In this document: one piece after another, positions 35,501 to 47,500 of the stretch
Position numbering within the stretch: the stretch's first letter is position 1
Layout: each line of letters opens with the position of its first letter
DNA from: Nemertoderma westbladi
Taxonomy: Eukaryota; Animalia; Xenacoelomorpha
Direction: 5' to 3'
Assembly (NCBI GenBank): GCA_032718475.1
Contig: JAUCBJ010006856.1
Coordinates: forward strand, 1-54,584
DNA: 54,584 nucleotides
Notes under the pieces: model-generated
Databases searched by the model: none
What the model saw: only the letters and a program-made list of their open reading frames with translations
Told to the model about the DNA's origin: nothing
Program-made: the position numbers and the translations under genes

Positions 35501-38500
35501 CAGCCGGGAGTATCTATCCGTTCTTGAGGAGTTGCTCCTCTGGAAGCGATGTCGGCTGGATTAATCGTCCCAAGGCAATGTCTCCATTGATCTACATTGG
35601 AGTTAATATCGTCATTATCTGAGGAGTATGGTGTTCCCTCAGTTAGTTCGTCCACCTCACTGCTCTCCACTTCCCATTCCTTTACTTGGTATACCTGTTG
35701 TTGAGGTAATCTCTCTTTGAGAGTTCTACGGGAAGGGCCAGTGAAGTACCAACCTACTCTAGTTCTTACCGCATAGGTTTGTAGTGGCTGTGGTTGAGCA
35801 GGCCGTTTCTCTAATGGCTCGAGCGCCTCATGCGCGTTTTGGCCGATGAGTATTTGCACTCCAGGATAATCGGTTTGGAATCGAGGTATCTCAAGATGTT
35901 GGATGCACTCGTCCTCGTCCCAATTATAAAGGTCTGCTTGGGTAGTAGCGAAGTTCTTTATAGCCACCATTTTTACTGACCTTATACTTTGTGCTCCTAA
36001 TTTATCCTGGGGGGTGGATAACGCACCTACATAGTAATCTGCCGTTATGGTAGATTTCCAAACCTGCATAATTCCGGACATATTCAACTTAGTTTGGAAT
36101 TTGGGTTGTCCAGCAAAGATATCTTCGGCTAGTTCTTGATCGATGAATGTTCCTGTGCTGCCGGAGTCAAGGAGTGCGTTCACTATGTAACTTTTGTTGG
36201 GACCGTGAACTCTTACCTGCACTACAGGAAATTCTCTGATTCCTACATTGGAAGTTGGAGTTTTCCAAGATGGTGGTTTGTCAAAAGTAGTTGGGGGAAA
36301 CTCATTGGTGGTGTCTTTTTCGTAAGTAAGTGCTCGATACACTGCGGTATTTATTAGGTAACAGGATTCGTTGGCGTCGGAGAATTCGTCCGTATAGAAT
36401 CCTTCCCACTCAGAACTTTGGTCAGTGTCGTTCACATCACTGAATTGGACATGTGATTTGGGCTCACTTACCTGACTCGGGCTGTTTCGTTCGAATTCCG
36501 TGTGCAACAAGCTATGATGTTTCGCGCCGCACTTAGCACACCTTGCGTCAGAGTAACAGGTTCGCCGCTGGTGTCCGCGTCTGAGACAGTTATAACATAA
36601 CCGCTTATCCCACAGGACTCCACGTCTATCTGCCATGGATTTCTTTAGGAATTCTGCACACGCACTCAAACGGTGGGGCCCGTCGCACAGCGCACATTTT
36701 GGTTTGATGTTACTCACCTTAACTTGGTTAACGTTCTGCACTCTCGTTCTTTCTTCGGGCTTTCTTCCGTGAATTCTCTTAGGAGACGTAGGAGGAGTTG
36801 TTGTTACCTGTTCTCTCCTGTCACTGGTTCGAGACTTGTATTTACTTACGTCTTTATAGGTCTTGTTGTCATAGTAAGAGCGTTCGGTGTCTTTCCCGCT
36901 GTCCTCTTCTTGAGAAGCTTGGCTTTCGCCGTCGTCAGTATAACACACTGGTATTATCCTTCTCCTAGAAACGGGTTTCTCACTTACCTTATTTTCCGAT
37001 GTTTTCTCTCTGGACTGCCTTATGAGTTGTAATTTTACTTCACTATCTAAGAAGGACATGAGATCAGCCATGGTAGGGCTTCGGCGTTGTTGTTCATTCA
37101 TGTACAACACTTTCTTGTCCCAGCGCGTACATACTCCACCCTTTGGTAAAGTAGAGACTACGGCTCCAATAACCATGGAACTCTGATATTCATGCGACTT
37201 ACCTAACCAGTCCAGTTGTCTACAGATCTCTTGTATTTCATCGGAAAATTCTATAATCCCACTACTAAGGAAGTGTCGGGGTGCTACTAATTTTGTATAC
37301 AAATACTTAGCTATGTTATCTTTGTTGCCATACCTGATGTTTAATGTATCCCAAACTTGTCTTAGTCCATCTGGATGTCCAATAAACTTTAACGCCATTA
37401 ACTTGGGAGGTCCTTCCAAACACTTGATGAGGAATCTAAGTTTCTCTCCGTTAGATAGTACAGAGTTCTGTATGCTATCTTTGTAATATTCGTTGAAAGG
37501 TAACCATTTCATCTCATCCCCATTGAATTTGACGATCTCTCCCACAGCGGGGGCCAGGGCGCTGTCAAATGTGAGTGGGGGCTAGGGGGCAGTCAAAGAT
37601 GAGTGGGGGCTAGGGGGCAGTCAAAGATGAGTGGGGGCTAGGGCGCTGTCAAATGTGAGTGGGGGCTAGTGTTCTGTCAGAGGTGAGTGGGGACTAGGGG
37701 GCTGTCAATGGTGAGTGGGGGCTGGGGGGCTGTCAAAGGTGAGTGGGGGCTAGGGGGCAGTCAAAGGTGAGTGTGGGCTAGTGTTCTGTCAGAGGTGAGT
37801 GGGGACTAGGGGGCTGTCAATGGTGAGTGGGGGCTGGGGGGCTGTCAAAGGTGATTGGGGGCTGTCAAAGGTAAGTGGGGGCCAGAGCGCTGTAAAAGAT
37901 GGGTGGGGGCCATGGCGCTGTCAAATGTAGGTGCGGACTAGGGCGCTGTCAAAGGTGAGTAGGGGCCAGGGCGCTGTCAAATATGAGTGCGGGTCATGGC
38001 GCTGTCAAAGGTGAGTGGGGGCTAGGGGGCTGTCAAAGGTGAGTGGGGGCTAGGGGGCTGACAAAGATGAGTGGGGGCTAGGGGGCTGTCAAAGGTGAGT
38101 GGGGGCCAGGGTTCTGTCAAAGGTGAGTGGGGCGAGGGGGCTGTCAAAGGTGAGTGGGGGCCAGGGTGCTGTCAAACATGAGTGGGGGTTAAGGGGCTGC
38201 CCAAGGTGAGTGCGAGTGGGGACCACGCGGCTGTCAAAGGTGAGGGCGAGTGGGGACCACGGGGCAGTCAAAGATGAGTGGGGGGCCATGGCGCTGTCAA
38301 ATGTAGGTGCGGACTAGGGCGCTGTCAAAGGTGAGTGGGACTAGGGGGCTTTCAAAGATGAGTGGGGGCTAGGGGGCAGTCAAAGGTGAGTGTGGGCTAG
38401 TGTTCTGTCAGAGGTGAGTGGGGACTAGGGGGCTGTCAATGGTGAGTGGGGGCTGGGGGGCTGTCAAAGGTGATTGGGGGCTGTCAAAGGTAAGTGGGGG

Positions 38501-41500
38501 CCAGAGCGCTGTAAAATGTGAGTGGGGCCAGGGCGCTGTAAAAGATGAGTGGGGGCCATGGCGCTGTCAAATGTAGGTGCGGACCAGGGCGCTGTCAAAG
38601 GTGAGTAGGGGCTAGGGGGCTGTCAAAGGTGAGTGGGGGCTAGGGGGCTGACAAAGATGAGTGGGGGCTAGGGGGCTGTCAAAGGTGAGTGGGGGCTAGG
38701 GCGCTGTCAAATGTGAGTGGGGGCTAGGGGGCTGACAAAGATGAGTGGGGGCTAGGGGGCTGACAAAGATGAGTGGGGGCTAGGGGGCTGTCAAAGGTGA
38801 GTGGGGGCCAGGGGGCTGTCAAACATGAGTGGGGGTTAAGGGGCTGCCCAAGGTGAGTGCGAGTGGGGACCACGCGGCTGTCAAAGGTGAGGGCGAGTGG
38901 GGACCACGGGGATGTCAAAGGTGAGTGGGGTTCGGGTGCTGTCATAGATGGGTGGGGGCTAGGGGGCTGTCAACGGTGAGTGGGGTCTAGGGGGCTGTCA
39001 AAGGTGAGTGGGGGCTGGGGGGCTGTCAAAGGTGATTGGGGGCTGTCAAAGGTAAGTGGGGGCCAGAGCGCTGTAAAATGTGAGTGGGGCCAGGGCGCTG
39101 TAAAAGATGGGTGGGGGCCATGGCGCTGTCAAATGTAGGTGCGGACCAGGGCGCTGTCAAAGGTGAGTGGGACTAGGGGGCTGTCAATGGTTAGTGGGGG
39201 CTAGGGGGCTTTCAAAGATGAGTGGGGGCTAGGGGGCAGTCAAAGGTGAGTGTGGGCTAGTGTTCTGTCAGAGGTGAGTGGGGACTGGGGGGCTGTCAAT
39301 GGTGAGTGGGGGCTGGGGGGCTGTCAAAGGTGATTGGGGTCTGTCAAAGGTAAGTGGGGGCCAGAGCGCTGTAAAATGTGAGTGGGGCCAGGGCGCTGTA
39401 AAAGATGAGTGGGGGCCATGGCGCTGTCAAATGTAGGTGCGGACCAGGGCGCTGTCAAAGGTGAGTAGGGGCCAGGGCGCTGTCAAATGTGAGTGCGGGT
39501 CATGGCGCTGTCAAAGGTGAGTGGGGGCTAGGGGGCTGTCAAAGGTGAGTGGGGGCTAGGGGGCTGACAAAGATGAGTGGGGGCTAGGGGGCTGTCAAAG
39601 GTAAGTGGGGGCCAGAGCGCTGTAAAATGTGAGTGGGGCCAGGGCGCTGTAAAAGATGAGTGGGGGCCATGGCGCTGTCAAATGTAGGTGCGGACCAGGG
39701 CGCTGTCAAAGGTGAGTAGGGGCCAGGGCGCTGTCAAATGTGAGTGCGGGTCATGGCGCTGTCAAAGGTGAGTGGGGGCTAGGGGGCTGTCAAAGGTGAG
39801 TGGGGGCTAGGGGGCTGACAAAGATGAGTGGGGGCTAGGGGGCTGTCAAAGGTGAGTGGGGGCCAGGGGGCTGTCAAACATGAGTGGGGGTTAAGGGGCT
39901 GCCCAAGGTGAGTGCGAGTGGGGACCACGCGGCTGTCAAAGGTGAGGGCGAGTGGGGACCACGGGGATGTCAAAGGTGAGTGGGGTTCGGGTGCTGTCAT
40001 AGATGGGTGGGGGCTAGGGGGCTGTCAACGGTGAGTGGGGTCTAGGGGGCTGTCAAAGGTGAGTGGGGGTTAGGGGGCAGTCAAAGATGAGTGGGGGCTA
40101 GGGCGCTGTCAAATGTGAGTGGGGGCTAGGGGGCTGTCAAAGGTAAGTGGGGGCTAGGGGGCTGACAAAGATGAGTGGGGGCTAGGGTGCTGTCAAAGGT
40201 GAATGGGGGCTAGGGGGCTGTCAAATGTAGCGGGGGCCAGGGCGCTGTCAAATGTGAGTGGGACTAGGGGGCTGTCAATGGTGAGTGGGGGCTAGGGGGC
40301 AGTCAAAGGTGAGTGTGGGCTAGTGTTCTGTCAGAGGTGAGTGGGGACTAGGGGCTGTCAATGGTGAGTGGGGGCTGGGGGGCTGACAAAGGTGATTGGG
40401 GGCTGTCAAAGGTAAGTGGGGGCCAGAGCGCTGTAAAATGTGAGTGGGGCCAGGGCGCTGTAAAAGATGAGTGGGGGCCATGGCGCTGTCAAATGTAGGT
40501 GCGGACCAGGGCGCTGTCAAAGGTGAGTAGGGGCCAGGGCGCTGTCAAATGTGAGTGCGGGTCATGGCGCTGTCAAAGGTGAGTAGGGGCCAGGGTGCTG
40601 TTAATGGTGAGTGCGGGCCATGGCGTTGTCAAATGTGAGTGGGGTTAGGGTGCTGTCAAATATGAGTAGGGATCAGGGGTTGGCAAAGATGAGTTGGTGT
40701 CAGGGTGTTGGTAAAGCTGAGTGGGTGTCAGAAGTGATCGGGGGATGGGAGAGGTGGAGGTCTTCTGTGGTCTCCTGGGCCTCATGTGGATGTCACAGGA
40801 GAGTTGAGGACAGGGGATGGTAAAGATTGTCTTTTAAACATTTAAATTATTTCAGATAAAAATAAGTTGTGCGACTACTGGGCGGGAACGTTGCAGGAAT
40901 GTCTACAGAACGCTAAGTTTATGTGGAACACGTGCCCGTATTCCTGTACCGTCTACGGATACACGAAAGCACCAAAGACAACTTTAAGTAGACAACAAAT
41001 TTGTGAGGGCTGGGCTGAAGTTGGATATTGTATCACAAATCCAAGTTAGTTCTTTATAACATATAATTATTTATTATCGTACAATATAATATAATAAGAA
41101 GTGCATCTGAATTGCGGCTCCATAGTGTCGCAGTTATCGGGTGGTGCCGAGCTAGTAATCATCTTTATTGCACATATTTCTAAGTTTAAATTCGTCTCTA
41201 AATCCTCATTTTTCTGTGTCTTATTCAGGTTTTATGTACAATGATCCGGTTTGTGGTCCGATATGCGAGGAATGGGAGAAGGATAATACCATAAATCTAG
41301 ATGAAGACAGACACGATGATTGCTTATCATTTGCAAGGGTTTGTATATTTCATGCATACGTACATCGACGTACATCGACGTACATCGACGTACATCGACG
41401 TACATCGACGTACATCGACGTACATCGACGTACATCGACGTACATCGACGTACATCGACGTACATCGACGTACATCGTCGTACATCGACGTACATCGACG

Positions 41501-44500
41501 TACATCGACGTACATCGTCGTACATCGACGTACATCGACGTACATCGACGTACATCGACGTACATCGACGTACATCGACGTACATCGACATACATCGACG
41601 TACATCGACGTACATCGACGTACATCGTCGTACATCGACGTACATCGACGTACATCGACGTACATCTACGTACATCGACGTACATCGACGTACATCGACG
41701 TACATCGACGTACATCGACGTACATCGACGTACATCGACGTACATCGACGTACATCGACGTACATCGTTGTACATCGTCGTACATCGTCGTACATCGACG
41801 TATTTCGACGTACATCGACGTACATCGAATAGATGCATAGCGCTATTAGCATTATTAGCATTATAATGGCATTATTTAATGCTTTGTAGTTATAATATAG
41901 AATAATGTCCTCTTTTTCTCATTATGTTTAAAGAAGACAAAAACGCATTACATTATATAGAAATTCAGTACCGATAACTATAGCGAAATTTTTCAAATAC
42001 ATTAATTCTATTTGATGACAAAAAAAAGTATCGTAAAGACTTTTTACTATTTTGTAAGCCTTGATTATAATTTTCCTCAATAGTTAAAGTAGACCGTGAA
42101 TGTTATTATTATGTATGTTTATTAGTATGTTATTTATTATTATGTTATCACTCAATGCCACATACATCACCTTGCGTAACATCAAGGTATGTGGTCTATA
42201 ATCTACATCGTGCTTTTCCCCGGTTTTAATGCATATTTTGCCCTAAATAAAGATAATATCCACTGCGTTATGCCCCCCGGAGCCGAAATGCGCCAGAACA
42301 AATAGTCATAGTCCTAGCTCCTATAGGGGGTTTCTATCTGCTAGCACATATTGCCTATCTATACAAAGCGATAGAATATGGTCTTCCCTCTTGGAGATAT
42401 GGACTTGTTGGTCTTTGCTGTTTAACTTTTCTTCACTAACTACTTTCTGACTGGTTTCAATGCTTAAAATTGTATCAATATGCCGTGGAATTGTTTGTAA
42501 AAGTTAAATCGATGGCCGAGTAGAAAACATATTCTAACATGTTTTTTAAATTTAGAATAATAATAAATTTAACAAAATCTCGATATTTTTTAATCTCGAT
42601 ATTTTTTAATCGCGATATTTATCAACACTCGATATTTTTACTCGTGGTAGTTTTGATCTCGATTTTATACTCGCGATATTTTTCAAGTCTCGATATTATT
42701 CACCAATTAATACCGTTGTGTCTGACATACGAACGCCCATCAGTATTTAATAATAACTAACAAAACGACAACTCTTTTAATCTCTTAAAATACCCAGATT
42801 TATATAGATTGTGTAGTATACCTAGGATATATAACATGTGTAAAATATATATCCCAAAATATATCTTAACATCATGTTTATATGTAAATTCCAGAGAGGA
42901 CAGTGCGGTGAAAACCCGTGGGTAGCCCAGGTGTGCCCTGTGTCCTGCGCTCTATGGCCCCAGGGCGACCCCAGTATACAACCGAAAACCTCGACCTTAC
43001 CACCGGACGTTGTATCCAACCTCCCTCCCGGGTTCCCTGAAGGGGAAATAGAAGGTTAGATTCCTTACCAAATGTTTATATGATGCGCAGCTAGTTTTAT
43101 TGTTATTGGATTGATTTTTGTTTTACTTTACTATATTGCTTATATTTATAGGTAAACAATTTAACTAAGTAAGTATTAACTAAACCTGTTGGTTTTTTTT
43201 ATTATTATTTTAGAAGTTGAATACGAGTACGAGATATCTGTAACGGGGACCGCTATAGCGAGCTGCCCCCCAGGTTGGGTTCTTATCAGCTGTGATTGTG
43301 GCGATTCAGAGTGTTTGGGGAGCGAACAGAAAGTTGTCGACAAGCGGATGCAATGCATAGCTAACGGTAGACCCGGTCTGCCTGTAGAGGTAGGTTAATG
43401 GTAGACCCGGTCGGTCTGTAGAGGTAGGTTAATGGTAGACCCGGTCGGTCTGTAGAGGTAGGTTAATGGTAGACCCGGTCGGTCTGTAGAGGTAGGTTAA
43501 TGGTAGACCCGGTCGGTCTGTAGAGGTAGGTTAATGGTAGACCCGGTCTGTCTGTAGAGGTAGGTTAATGGTAGACCCGGTCTGCCTGTAGAGGTAGGTT
43601 AATGGTAGACCTGGTCTGCCTGTAGCGCTGTAGGTAGAGGTAGGTTAATGGTAGACCCGGTCTGCCTGTAGAGGTAGGTTAATGGTAGACCCGGTCTCTC
43701 TGTAGAGGTAGGTTAATGGTAGACCCGGTCTGTCTGTAGAGGTAGGTTAATGGTAGACCCGGTCTGCCTGTAGAGGTAGGTTAATGGTAGACCCGGTCGG
43801 TCTGTAGAGGTGGGTTAATGGTAGACCCGGTCCCTTGTAGGTAGAGGTAGTTAATGGTAGACCCGGTCTGTCTGTAGAGGTAGGTTAATGGTAGACCCGG
43901 TCTGCCTGTAGAGGTAGGTTAATGGAAGACCCGGTCTCTCTGTAGAGGTAGGTTAATGGTAGACCCGGTCTGTCTGTAGATGTAGTAGGTTAATGGTAGA
44001 CCCGGTCGGTCTGTAGAGGTAGGTTAATGGTAGACCCGGTCTGCCTCTAGAGGTAGGTTAATGGTAGACCCGGTCTGCCTGTAGAGGTAGGTTAATGGTA
44101 GACCCGGTCGGTCTGTATAGGTAGGTTAATGGTAGACCCGGTCTGCCTGTAGAGGTAGGTTAATGGTAGACCCGGTCTGTCTGTAGCGGTAGGTTAATGG
44201 TAGACCCGGTCTGTCTGTAGAGGTAGGTTAATGGTAGACCCGGTCGGTCTGTAGAGGTAGGTTAATGGTAGACCCGGTCGGTCTGTAGAGGTAGGTTAAT
44301 GGTACACCCGGTCGGTCTGTAGAGGTAGGTTAATGGTAGACCCGGTCTGTCTGTAGAGGTAGGTTAATGGTAGACCCGGTCGGTCTGTAGAGGTAGGTTA
44401 ATGGTAGACCCGGTCGGTCTGTAGAGGTAGGTTAATGGTAGACCCGGTCGGTCTGTATAGGTAGGTTAATGGTAGACCCGGTCGGACTGTAGAGGTAGGT

Positions 44501-47500
44501 TAATGGTAGACCCGGTCTGCCTGTAGAGGTAGGTTAATAGTAGACCCGGTCGGTCTGTAGAGGTAGGTTAATGGTAGACCCGGTCGGTCTTAGAGGTAGG
44601 TTAATGGTACACCCGGTCGGTCTGTAGAGGTAGGTTAATGGTAGACCCGGTCTGTCTGTAGAGGTAGGTTAATGGTAGACCCGGTCGGTCTGTAGAGGTA
44701 GGTTAATGGTAGACCCGGTCGGTCTGTAGAGGTAGGTTAATGGTAGACCCGGTCGGACTGTAGAGGTAGGTTAATGGTAGACCCGGTCTGCCTGTAGAGG
44801 TAGGTTAATAGTAGACCCGGTCGGTCTGTAGAGGTAGGTTAATGGAAGACCCGGTCTGCCTGTAGAGGTAGGTTAATGGTAGACCCGGTCTGCCTGTAGG
44901 GGTAGGTTAATGGTAGACCCGGTCGGTCTGTAGAGGTAGGTTAATGGTAGAGCCGGTCTGCCTGTAGGTAGAGGTAGTAGGTTAATGGTAGACCCGGTCT
45001 GCCTGTAGAGGTAGAAGGTTAATTGTAGACCCGGTCTACCTGTAGAGGTATGTTAATGGTAGACCCGGTCGGTCTGTAGAGGTAGATTAATGGAAGACCC
45101 GGTCTGTCTGTAGAGGTAGTTAATTGTAGACCCGGTCTGCCTGTAGTTAGAGGTAGTAGGTTAATGGTAGACCCGGTCTGCCTGTAGGTAGAGGTAGTAG
45201 GTTAATGGAAGACCCGATCTGTCTGTAGAGGTAGGTTAATGGTAGACCCGGTCGGTCTGTAGAGGTAGGTTAATGGTAGACCCGGTCTGCCTGTAGAGGT
45301 AGGTTAATGGTAGACCCGGTCTGTCTGTAGAGGTAGGTTAATGGTATACCCGGTCTGTCTGTAGAGGTAGGTTAATGGTATTCCCGGTCTCTCTGTAGAG
45401 GTAGGTTAAAGGTAGACCCGGTCTCCCTGTAGAGGTAGGTTAATGGTAGACCCGGTCGGTCTGTAGAGGTAGGTTAATGGTAGACCCGGTCGGTCTGTAG
45501 AGGTAGGTTAATGGTAGACCCGGTCTGTCTGTAGAGGTAGGTTAATGGTAGACCCGGTCTGCATATGTAGAGGTACTAGGTTAATGGTAGACACGGTCTG
45601 CCTATAGAGGTAGGTTAATGGTAGACCCGGTCTGCCTGTAGAAGTAGGTTAATGGTAGACCCGGTCTGTCTGTAGAGGTAGGTTAATGGTATTCCCGGTC
45701 TCTCTGTAGAGGTAGGTTAATGGTAGACCCGGTCTGCATATGTAGAGGTACTAGGTTAATGGTAGACACGGTCTGCCTGTAGAGGTGGGTTAATGGTAGA
45801 CACGGTCTGCCTGTAGAGGTAGGTTAATGGTAGACCCGGTCTGTCTGTAGAGGTAGGTTAATGGTATACCCGGTCTGTCTGTAGAGGTAGGTTAATGGTA
45901 TACCCGGTCTGTCTGTAGAGGTAGGTTAATTGTAGACCCGGTCTCTCTGTAGAGGTAGGTTAATGGTAGACCCGGTCTGCCTGCAGGTAGAGGTAGTAGG
46001 TTAATAGTAGACCCGGTCCCTTGTAGGTAGAGGTAGGTTAATGGTAGACCCGGTCTGTCTGTAGAGGTAGTTTAATGGAAGACCCGGTCTGTCTGTAGAG
46101 GTAGTTAATTGTAGACCCGGTCTGCCTGTAGTTAGAGGTAGTAGGTTAATGGTAGACCCGGTCTGCCTGTAGGTAGAGGTAGTAGGTTAATGGAAGACCC
46201 GATCTGTCTGTAGAGGTAGGTTAATGGTAGACCCGGTCGGTCTGTAGAGGTAGGTTAATGGTAGACCCGGTCTGCCTGTAGAGGTAGGTTAAAGGTAGAC
46301 CCGGTCTGTCTGTAGAGGTAGGTTAATGGTATACCCGGTCTGTCTGTAGAGATAGGTTAATGGTATTCCCGGTCTCTCTGTAGAGGTAGGTTAATGGTAG
46401 ACCCGGTCTCCCTGTAGAGGTAGGTTAATGGTAGACCCGGTCGGTCTGTAGAGGTAGGTTAATGGTAGACCCGGTCGGTCTGTAGAGGTAGGTTAATGGT
46501 AGACCCGGTCTGTCTGTAGAGGTAGGTTAATGGTAGACCCGGTCTGCATATGTAGAGGTACTAGGTTAATGGTAGACACGGTCTGCCTATAGAGGTAGGT
46601 TAATGGTAGACCCGGTCTGCCTGTAGAAGTAGGTTAATGGTAGACCCGGTCTGTCTGTAGAGGTAGGTTAATGGTATTCCCGGTCTCTCTGTAGAGGTAG
46701 GTTAATGGTAGACCCGGTCTCCCTGTAGAGGTAGGTTAATGGTAGACCCGGTCGGTCTGTAGAGGTAGGTTAATGGTAGACCCGGTCGGTCTGTAGAGGT
46801 AGGTTAATGGTAGACCCGGTCTGTCTGTAGAGGTAGGTTAATGGTAGACCCGGTCTGCATATGTAGAGGTACTAGGTTAATGGTAGACACGGTCTGCCTG
46901 TAGAGGTAGGTTAATGGTAGACCCGGTCTGCCTGTAGAAGTAGGTTAATGGTAGACCCGGTCTGTCTGTAGAGGTAGGTTAATGGTATTCCCGGTCTCTC
47001 TGTAGAGGTAGGTTAATGGTAGACCCGGTCTGCCTGTAGAGGTAGGTTAATGGTAGACACGGTCTGCTTATAGAGGTAGGTTAATGGTAGACCCGGTCTG
47101 CCTGTAGAAGTAGGTTAATGGTAGACCCGGTCTGTCTGTAGAGGTAGGTTAATGGTATTCCCGGTCTCTCTGTAGAGGTAGGTTAATGGTAGACCCGGTC
47201 TGCATATGTAGAGGTACTAGGTTAATGGTAGACACGGTCTGCCTGTAGAGGTAGGTTAATGGTAGACACGGTCTGCCTGTAGAGGTAGGTTAATGGTAGA
47301 CCCGGTCTGTCTGTAGAGGTAGGTTAATGGTATACCCGGTCTGTCTGTAGAGGTAGGTTAATTGTAGACCCGGTCTCTCCGTAGAGGTAGGTTAATGGTA
47401 GACCCGGTCTGCCTGCAGGTAGAGGTAGTAGGTTAATAGTAGACCCGGTCCCTTGTAGGTAGAGGTAGGTTAATGGTAGACCCGGTCTGTCTGTAGAGGT

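Larger units (their letters stand above)
30415..37545 (-). mobile_element. 5'-truncated BEL/Pao LTR retrotransposon derivative with gag-protease ORF, extra ORF and putative 3' LTR
   Basis: LINE coding similarity stops at 30414; 30415..31294 has TGTTC...GAACA ends and is preceded on the minus strand by the purine tract AAGGAGAG; two long minus-strand ORFs lie upstream; no 5' LTR or second TSD. Confidence 0.75.

Noticed and set aside
38089-40823. Short Pro/Ser/His-rich ORFs in the G-rich array
   Set aside because: Satellite translations.
41168-41866. ORFs in all six frames ([10 protein letters not shown] repeats)
   Set aside because: Artefact of a stop-free 10-bp repeat; only 41229..41338 is exonic.
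42575-42700. Short CTCGATATTTT repeats
   Set aside because: Few degenerate copies; probably a TE remnant, with no definable boundaries.
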